This document shows, in pieces, positions 57,565-64,000 of a stretch of 64,000 nucleotides of DNA. Numbering within the stretch: the first letter of the stretch is position 1; every line of letters begins with the position of its first letter. The notes below the pieces were generated by a model that did not search any database, was not told where the DNA came from, and worked only from the letters and a program-made list of their open reading frames with translations. Location: sequence record LR756501.1, one strand, 5' to 3'. Both the position numbers and the translations under genes were made by a program.

Positions 57565-59071
57565 AGGCGAACAAATGTGTATAATTTTCGTTATTATCTA
57601 TGTAATCTTTTACGGCTCTAGCTACGTCTGGGTGTCCGTTAAATCTCCCTTCTCTACCAGATAGTTTCAGATCGCTTGAAGAGTCGTCTAATATTAAAAA
57701 TCCACCAGGTTTTAATTCTTTTTCAGCTATTAACAGATCGTTAACAACTGTTTCGTAATCGTGTCCACCATCTATGTACATACAATCATATGTTCCGTAA
57801 TTGTGAATATTTGTTTTCACGTCTTCGCTTGTAGATAATCCTTTTATTAACGTGAGATTACTAATATTCAATCCAAGTAAAGAATATAAATTTTTAATGT
57901 CTTGTAGATAGTTGGTATTATCGTAGGATCCGTATTTATCACCAGTTGGATCTAAAGGTGTTGCTCCGTATATTTTAAATGATTTATTTAATTTATCACT
58001 AATTAATTGCATTAAAGCGAGAATGGACCCTTTATAAACTCCTATTTCCAGGAATTTGCTATTTGGTCGCATCATAGCACCTATTAAAAGCCAAAAATAC
58101 CTGAAAGCTCTTTCCCCGTATCCCAGTCCTCTACCAGAAACTACTTGATGATGATTAGATAAGAAATCGTAAGAATCTACTTTAGATAGGTACCAATCGT
58201 AAATAAAATTATTATAATAATATGTATCTACCCACTCTTTTGATTTTTCGTATTCCAACAATAAATCTTTTAATTGAGTTCTATTTTTAAAATAGTTTGC
58301 GTGTTTTTTTGTTAAATATTGATTATTTCTTACGATAATTCTATCGTGATCTGGTCGACTGTGTTCTCTTGTACCTCCCCACGATAATAAACTTTTAAAT
58401 TTAACACCTTTTACAACGTTCTGGTAACCTAGCATATTTAATCTTATACATAAATCTGTATCGTCGTGACCAAATGGTGCAAGTTTTTCATCAAAATAAC
58501 CAACGTGATTTAAGACATCTCTTTTAATAGAAGTTGGACTTTTTATAAGACTTTCACAGAATATCATCTCACCTTGTTTTAATTCTCTGAAATTTGTAGA
58601 TCCCATTTGTTTCCAATGACCAAATTCAGATTCTACAAATTCGTATTCATCAATAGAAGTGCCATTAGATTTTAAAGTCATTCCACATCTAAAAGAAATA
58701 TAACCAACAGTAGGATATTCTTTATATATCTCTCTTGTTGGTTTTTCAAAATTTTCTTCTAGTATAACATCGTCTTGTAATAAATAATAAATATCATCTG
58801 GTTCTTGTGGAAAATTATCATCAATATATTTAAAAGCAGCGTTCAAAGATAATAACTCGTGCACGTCATTTGCCTTTAATTTAATAATGTTCGCTAAATT
58901 TTTAGAAGCAATTTCATCTATTATATTTTCTGTGTTGTCTTTACAACCATCTAGCACACAAATGATGTAATTCTTTGAGTCTTCACTTAAATTGTTTATA
59001 ACTCCGTAAACTACATCAGATATTAATTTTTCTTTATTGAAAATTGTAATAATATAAAAATTTCTATTCAT
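57527..59071 (-). CDS. GT2 glycosyltransferase fused to a class I methyltransferase
   Basis: ITIFNKE..VLDGCKD..LQDD..GHDDTDLC; FLEIGVYKGS..YIDGGHDY..LILDD. Confidence 0.88.
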   Translation of the reverse strand: MNRNFYIITIFNKEKLISDVVYGVINNLSEDSKNYIICVLDGCKDNTENIIDEIASKNLANIIKLKANDVHELLSLNAAFKYIDDNFPQEPDDIYYLLQDDVILEENFEKPTREIYKEYPTVGYISFRCGMTLKSNGTSIDEYEFVESEFGHWKQMGSTNFRELKQGEMIFCESLIKSPTSIKRDVLNHVGYFDEKLAPFGHDDTDLCIRLNMLGYQNVVKGVKFKSLLSWGGTREHSRPDHDRIIVRNNQYLTKKHANYFKNRTQLKDLLLEYEKSKEWVDTYYYNNFIYDWYLSKVDSYDFLSNHHQVVSGRGLGYGERAFRYFWLLIGAMMRPNSKFLEIGVYKGSILALMQLISDKLNKSFKIYGATPLDPTGDKYGSYDNTNYLQDIKNLYSLLGLNISNLTLIKGLSTSEDVKTNIHNYGTYDCMYIDGGHDYETVVNDLLIAEKELKPGGFLILDDSSSDLKLSGREGRFNGHPDVARAVKDYIDNNENYTHLFACGHNRLWRKKYE

Positions 59072-59074
59072 ATG

Positions 59075-59302
59075 TTATCTCCTTAATTGTTTTAGTCTTT
59101 CGTCCTGTATGATTTTCTCTTTTGATGTTTCTACCCCATTTCTAAAGTAATAAGTTCTAATAGTTATCTCATCAATCGTTAAAACAACCTTACAAAATCC
59201 CCCTTTAACAAAATCTATAATATCATAAGGATCGTAACTACTTACATCGGCTCTAACCACATTAAATAATATGCCATCTTCTTCCTGAATACTATCCGTC
59301 AT
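59075..59302 (-). CDS. Hypothetical protein
   Basis: ORF track. Confidence 0.6.
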   Translation of the reverse strand: MTDSIQEEDGILFNVVRADVSSYDPYDIIDFVKGGFCKVVLTIDEITIRTYYFRNGVETSKEKIIQDERLKQLRR

Positions 59303-59304
59303 AA

Positions 59305-59511
59305 TTATTCGTTATTTTTTAAATCCATAAACTTATCTATCTCATCTTTAGGATGATCGTTATTAAATATAGCGTACTTTCTAATGCCTTCTTTATCAGG
59401 CATTTCTGTTAAATGTCCAGCTACTGTTTTTCGCATTTCGTCATCTGAAAAGATGAGCATTATGGGTTCGTCTTTACTGTCGTAAATTTTATTACCTATT
59501 TTTACTTTCAT
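59305..59511 (-). CDS. Hypothetical protein
   Basis: ORF track. Confidence 0.65.
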   Translation of the reverse strand: MKVKIGNKIYDSKDEPIMLIFSDDEMRKTVAGHLTEMPDKEGIRKYAIFNNDHPKDEIDKFMDLKNNE

Positions 59512-59520
59512 ATTATTTAA

Positions 59521-59865
59521 TTAGTTTTTATAATCTATATAAACTTTAATAAATTTCTTTGTGCATCCGTCAGGGTGTTCACAGTAAGCTACGTTGTTAT
59601 TACCATAGTGATATATACTATCACCATTCAAACAGAACACTATATAATTATCACCCAACGTTTTAAGAAAATCTTCAAGTGTATGGGTATCATTTATTTC
59701 CACGTCTTTTGTGTGAGCTCTAGTAAAGCTATTGGAAAAAAATTGATCAAAAGAATCGTTTGGAATAATTTTACCAAATGGTTCTTTATGAATCACGTTC
59801 CAATAGAATTCGTCGCGATCTACAAAAAAGTACCTTTTTCCTGTTAATTCTTCAAAATATTTCAT
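59521..59865 (-). CDS. Hypothetical protein
   Basis: ORF track. Confidence 0.6.
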   Translation of the reverse strand: MKYFEELTGKRYFFVDRDEFYWNVIHKEPFGKIIPNDSFDQFFSNSFTRAHTKDVEINDTHTLEDFLKTLGDNYIVFCLNGDSIYHYGNNNVAYCEHPDGCTKKFIKVYIDYKN

Positions 59866-59869
59866 AATT

Positions 59870-60418
59870 TTAATTTTTAATTACTTGTGCAAAATCTAAT
59901 TCAACTGGTGTCTTTCTACCAAAAATCTTAATACTAACTTTAAGACGTTTCTTTTCCTCGTTAATTTCTTCTATACAACCGTTAAAATTAGCGAAAGGGC
60001 CGTCTGATATTACTATATTTTCACCTGTAACAAAATCAATCTTGGCACTATCACCAGCCTCAGCTAAAGCGTCAATCTTACCAAGAATCTTCTTAACTTC
60101 CTCTGGTCGAATAGCGTCCGGTACGTCTTTACCATTCTTGTCTTTTCCTCCTAATATACTTATAACCCCAGATGTTTCTTTTATAACGTGTTGAATCTCA
60201 CCCCTTAGGTCTGCTTCAATAAGAATATAACCTGGGTAATAATTAACTTCTCTATTAACTTTCTTTCCATTTTTGACGTAGACTTCTTTTCTAGTAGGTA
60301 TAACCATTCTAGTAACATATTCTTTTAAATTTTGTTTTTCAAACTCTTTTTCTATATGTTTGTAAGCCTTCTTTTCTTGCCCACTCGAGCATCTAATCAC
60401 GTACCATTTATTTTCCAT
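59870..60418 (-). CDS. nusG: Transcription elongation/antitermination factor NusG
   Basis: KWYVIR..SGQEKK, YYPGYILIE, DGPFANFNG, VSIKIFGRKTPVELDF.QV (NGN plus KOW domains). Confidence 0.97.
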   Translation of the reverse strand: MENKWYVIRCSSGQEKKAYKHIEKEFEKQNLKEYVTRMVIPTRKEVYVKNGKKVNREVNYYPGYILIEADLRGEIQHVIKETSGVISILGGKDKNGKDVPDAIRPEEVKKILGKIDALAEAGDSAKIDFVTGENIVISDGPFANFNGCIEEINEEKKRLKVSIKIFGRKTPVELDFAQVIKN

Positions 60419-60420
60419 AT

Positions 60421-60777
60421 TTATTCATTTACTTTTTTATATTCGGGTAATTTTTCAAACAGATCTTTATCCACAATAATGTTATTTTCATATCCCTCAT
60501 CTTCATTTAGATATGTATGTACTAACTGATTAACAGTAATATAATCTGTATCTATATCAGCGTTGTGAAGATAATGTAATGTTTCTTCTAATTCTTTTTT
60601 ATCTTTTTGTGTAGGAACGATAATTTTAAACTTTGTCCAATCAACAGTTGAAAATTCTTCATTAGTCAACTCATCAGACATCCTTCTCTTTTTATCATAT
60701 TTTGGATCTTTATAATCTTCATATCTTTTAAGAGTCCAACCGTCCATAAGGCTTTTATATTTCTTTATCTTTACCAT
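60421..60777 (-). CDS. Hypothetical protein
   Basis: ORF track. Confidence 0.65.
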   Translation of the reverse strand: MVKIKKYKSLMDGWTLKRYEDYKDPKYDKKRRMSDELTNEEFSTVDWTKFKIIVPTQKDKKELEETLHYLHNADIDTDYITVNQLVHTYLNEDEGYENNIIVDKDLFEKLPEYKKVNE

Positions 60778-60782
60778 TTTAT

Positions 60783-61592
60783 TTATACTTTATTTTTTTC
60801 TAATTGTTTAATTCTATTTTCTATATCCTCAATAGTGTCCATTAATAACATATCGTAAGTGTAGATATTTTCTTGATAAGAATAGAACAATTTTTCTGAA
60901 TGTCTACTCTTAGTTACGTTATTATCTTTAACGTATTTATTATAATCCATGCCAAAATACTTAAATAAGTCCTTAATGAAATCGTTAACGAAAAACAATC
61001 TTCCACTTCCAACCATTTCGTCACCTGTGGCTTTTATAGATCTTTCTACCATATATTTAGTGTGAACCAAATCCCTGTAAAAATATGTGTTACCTATCTC
61101 TATTGGTGTTTTATTAATCAAACAATCAAATATTTTACCAAATAGAAATTCCTTCTTCCTATAAGTAGAATTGAAATTAAATGGATGAATTATAATCACA
61201 TTCTTCCACCATCCGTTATCTTTTCTGTCCCAAATATATTTTATTAACTTTTCTTTGGAAAGACAATAATCATTTGAGTAGGAGTAGAAAAACTCTTCAC
61301 CTGGATAAACACAACCAATTCTATTGTTCCAAAGATCACAAGTTCCGTATATAACTATTTTATTTGAAGAACCTACAAGATTTTCTATAATATCTCTCGT
61401 ATATATAAAATTTGGAGTAATATAATCTATATCACTCATATAGACACGTTGCTCAGCAAATGTAATATAAACAGAATCCCATTTATTGTATCTGAGATAA
61501 CTCACATCAATATTCCTTGATGGTATTCTTTCGTAATCATCTGGGAAAAAATGTGATAACTGTGACGACTCACCTATTATTAAATTTTTCAT
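60783..61592 (-). CDS. Atypical SDR-family NAD-dependent epimerase/reductase
   Basis: Degenerate nucleotide-binding loop LIIGESSQL; YCLSK (YxxxK); RDLVH. Confidence 0.7.
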   Translation of the reverse strand: MKNLIIGESSQLSHFFPDDYERIPSRNIDVSYLRYNKWDSVYITFAEQRVYMSDIDYITPNFIYTRDIIENLVGSSNKIVIYGTCDLWNNRIGCVYPGEEFFYSYSNDYCLSKEKLIKYIWDRKDNGWWKNVIIIHPFNFNSTYRKKEFLFGKIFDCLINKTPIEIGNTYFYRDLVHTKYMVERSIKATGDEMVGSGRLFFVNDFIKDLFKYFGMDYNKYVKDNNVTKSRHSEKLFYSYQENIYTYDMLLMDTIEDIENRIKQLEKNKV

Positions 61593-62551
61593 GTAAAATA
61601 ATGTTCTTTATATTTTTTATAAAAATCGTAAGTTTTAAATATACCTTCTTCAAAAGTTATCTTAGGGTACCAACCAGTTCTTATTAATTTACGATTATCT
61701 ATTTCAAAATTACCAGTTTCTATTTTCTCGTAATTCACTGGCCACTCAACGTATTTAACTTCACCACATTTAACTATACTTACTATTTTTTCTACCATAT
61801 CCTTAAATCTAATCGAATGACCGTAACCCAAATTGTAAATATTATTATAATAACTTTCATTCATGAGATTTAAAATAGCTGAGATAATATCATCTATATA
61901 AATATAATCCCTATTCTGATTACCGTCACCAAATATACTGATAGTCTTCCCTTCCATGGCCTGTCTTATAAACCAACCAACCATAGAATATTTACTGTGT
62001 TTCATTTGCTGTTTAATACCGTAAGGATTAGCTAATCTCAATATAACATATGGAATTCCAAAATTCCTGTGATATATTTCTAAATATCTTTCAGACGTTA
62101 ATTTATGCGTTCCATATATAGATGTTGGGACTGTAGCGTATTCCTCATTAACCATAACATCAACCTTACCGTAAACTAATCTTGAACTAGTGAAGAAAAC
62201 AAGAATATTAGGGTTTATTTTCTTAATACTTTCAAGTATGTTTAATGTGGAAACAGAATTAACGTCAGCGTCTTCATATACCATATTCAAACTATCAATA
62301 TAACTAACTTGAGCAGCAAAATGAAAAACAACATCTATATCTTTAATTAGTTCATTCAATAATTCCTTATTTCTAACGTCTCCTTTAACAACTTTAATAT
62401 TATCTTTATTAGCGTCGTGTAAATTAAATTCGTTACCCCCGTAAAGAGGATTCAAATTATCTATTATAGTAACTTTATTATCTGTGTTAGAAAGAATTGT
62501 AGCTAGGTTTGAACCTATAAAACCTAAACCTCCTGTTATTAATACTCTCAT
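61589..62551 (-). CDS. NAD-dependent sugar epimerase/dehydratase
   Basis: VLITGGLGFIGS, VFHFAA, YGTHK, LRLANPYG, GDGNQNRDYIYIDD. Confidence 0.95.
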   Translation of the reverse strand: MRVLITGGLGFIGSNLATILSNTDNKVTIIDNLNPLYGGNEFNLHDANKDNIKVVKGDVRNKELLNELIKDIDVVFHFAAQVSYIDSLNMVYEDADVNSVSTLNILESIKKINPNILVFFTSSRLVYGKVDVMVNEEYATVPTSIYGTHKLTSERYLEIYHRNFGIPYVILRLANPYGIKQQMKHSKYSMVGWFIRQAMEGKTISIFGDGNQNRDYIYIDDIISAILNLMNESYYNNIYNLGYGHSIRFKDMVEKIVSIVKCGEVKYVEWPVNYEKIETGNFEIDNRKLIRTGWYPKITFEEGIFKTYDFYKKYKEHYFT

Positions 62552-62565
62552 TAAATTTCATTTTT

Positions 62566-63246
62566 TTATCCTGGTATATTATGTTGAATAAAAGGTAATA
62601 TCGAAAAAATAGATACCGTCTTAATATCATATTTTAATTTCAAATTAGTTAAAACAGATTGATCTGCCCTGTTATCACCACAATATTCTACGTGATTTTC
62701 GTTAATATTATTCTTGGTTAAAATATTTTCGTTTCTACAAAACATTAACCATTCCTCAACAAATTTAATAGTTTCATCAGTTTTCTTAAATCCTATAGCA
62801 CCAGCCTCTAATTGATTGGCTTCCCAGTATTTAGGTTCGTCACACCCCATAAAAACGAAACAATCTTTAGTTGTCCAAGTTTTATTTGAATGAGTAGATT
62901 GAACTAAAAAGAAGCCGTTGTTTTCTTCTATAATACTTAACAGAAAACCTTTTATGTTATGATGTAATATATCACCAACGTCCATATAAAAAAGAACGTC
63001 ACCGTATTCCATTTCCATTAATTTCTTGTGAATATAAAAAGGTTTCCAAAGACACCAACCAGCGTACCTTGTTTGGTCTAATATTCCCCTATTTTCTTCG
63101 TAAAATGGTTCTTTAATAAGAGTATCTCTATTATAAACAGTAACACTATCAAAAAATTTAACAGCACTATTTTTCGTTCTATTAGCTTCTCTTAAATATC
63201 TACTATCACCTTTATCATCGTAGTATGTTATAAAATTTGTAGTCAT
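62566..63246 (-). CDS. Putative GT-A glycosyltransferase-like protein
   Basis: GWCLWKP..LFYMDVG..DNRADQSVL pattern. Confidence 0.6.
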   Translation of the reverse strand: MTTNFITYYDDKGDSRYLREANRTKNSAVKFFDSVTVYNRDTLIKEPFYEENRGILDQTRYAGWCLWKPFYIHKKLMEMEYGDVLFYMDVGDILHHNIKGFLLSIIEENNGFFLVQSTHSNKTWTTKDCFVFMGCDEPKYWEANQLEAGAIGFKKTDETIKFVEEWLMFCRNENILTKNNINENHVEYCGDNRADQSVLTNLKLKYDIKTVSIFSILPFIQHNIPG

Positions 63247-63494
63247 TTCTTACCGTAGCTTTTTGTATCACCCTGTTTATAATTTTTGAATGATATTTTA
63301 CCTTTAGAAGCTTCAATCAACATTTCGTCTAACTCTTGTATTAAATCTGTTCTTTGCTGATTTAAGATATTTGTTTTTCTAGTGGCGTCAGCTATCTCAG
63401 CGTCATCTTTAGAGTCTCTTTTAATATCTTCGTATTTCCATATTTTGAGATTTACTATTGTGAGTTTGTCCACTAAATTTCCAAATGTTTCCAT
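63243..63494 (-). CDS. DUF4254-like helical protein
   Basis: LVDKLTIVNLKIWKYED..R...LNQQRTDLIQELD. Confidence 0.55.
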   Translation of the reverse strand: METFGNLVDKLTIVNLKIWKYEDIKRDSKDDAEIADATRKTNILNQQRTDLIQELDEMLIEASKGKISFKNYKQGDTKSYGKK

Positions 63495-63498
63495 CCAA

Positions 63499-64000
63499 TT
63501 AATCTTGTTTTTTAATATAAAAATCGTTCACAGCTAACCTCTGATCTTTAATGTAACCAAAACTGTTCATATAATCCTCTATATTCTTATCTTCATAATT
63601 GTTCTCAATTATAAATAATTTAGGTTGCCATTTATTAATATCAAACCCTTTTAAAACATCCAACTCTGTCCCCTCAGTATCTATACTTACAAAATCAATT
63701 GAATCATATTCATAATGATTTTCGATACAATAATCAAGAGTTCTTATATCACACGTAATAGGTATTATTTTTATATCAAATTGTGAATGCTCTTTTATTA
63801 ACCTATCATCAATCTTCAAACTACTAATGGCGTCTTCTATCTGATTATTTAAAACAACTATATTAAATGTGGCAAAATCCTCGTTATAATTAGATACAGC
63901 TAAATTTAAAGCGTTCTTTCTATTATTCTTTAAATTATTATAAAATTTAGGATTTGGCTCAACACACATGCAATACCAACCTTCCTGTTCAAAGTGTAAA
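63499..64000 (-). CDS. FkbM-family methyltransferase (5' end beyond the window)
   Basis: Frame open to 64000 (LHFEQEGWYCMCVEPNP); FVSIDTEGTELDVL; FIIENN. Confidence 0.9.
   Translation of the reverse strand, partial: LHFEQEGWYCMCVEPNPKFYNNLKNNRKNALNLAVSNYNEDFATFNIVVLNNQIEDAISSLKIDDRLIKEHSQFDIKIIPITCDIRTLDYCIENHYEYDSIDFVSIDTEGTELDVLKGFDINKWQPKLFIIENNYEDKNIEDYMNSFGYIKDQRLAVNDFYIKKQD

Noticed and set aside
1-64000. Stop-codon reassignment (TAG or TGA recoding), common in some large Bacteroidota phages
   Set aside because: Code 11 gives dense, intact genes up to 1755 aa. TGA occurs in ATGA gene overlaps, and TAG ends genes without conserved domains continuing past it.
1-64000. tRNA, rRNA, CRISPR array, integrase/transposase
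   Set aside because: No cloverleaf or T-arm motif, no regularly spaced repeat-spacer array and no recombinase motifs were seen; intergenic space is minimal. A tRNAscan/Infernal run would be needed to fully exclude small RNAs.
40586-64000. Bacterial chromosomal LPS/capsule locus or prophage boundary
   Set aside because: Capsid-targeted genes (42574, 42885), the phage late-type motif, small phage-like ORFs and a 24-bp leader shared with sbcCD are interleaved, and no transport or housekeeping genes appear. Read-level confirmation is still advisable.
1-64000. Eukaryotic giant virus (suggested by the Mre11-Rad50 fusion, DUF4419, collagen-like repeats and glycan genes)
   Set aside because: Operonic ATGA/TAATG overlaps, intrinsic terminators, bacterial NusG, signal-peptide-II lipoproteins and T4-like features point to a bacteriophage.

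Overview
A 64-kb, very AT-rich, gene-dense segment that reads as part of a large (jumbo-type, T4-superfamily-like) bacteriophage genome in the standard genetic code. The host is probably Bacteroidota, inferred from a Bacteroidota-type NusG, A-rich and mostly SD-less leaders, a TAnnTTTG element and ADS-repeat lipoproteins. Left part (1-9 kb): a truncated putative structural gene, Gly-X-Ser/Thr triplet-repeat proteins and small accessory ORFs. Middle (9-40 kb): about 15 proteins starting with a T4 internal-protein-like capsid-targeting sequence, mostly behind a TAATATATAG-type motif. Several are built from short modules joined by two recurrent tags (DPYGEExW and [VI]RWYxKGKL) that are usually followed by a [LIVF]-x-E protease-type site. 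The middle also holds an array of small ORFs sharing a C-terminal R-T-x-L-I-D-[EK] tail, a deleted mini-copy of a gp23-type capsid protein, an Mre11-Rad50 (SbcD-SbcC) fusion, a probable sliding clamp and a lipoprotein/membrane cluster. Right part (40-64 kb): a ~24-kb glycan synthesis and decoration island (Gmd, aminotransferase, N-formyltransferase, SDR epimerases, many glycosyl- and methyltransferases, a 1755-aa multi-enzyme polypeptide) with nusG embedded and no visible export genes. All product calls come from motifs read by eye; no database searches were run.
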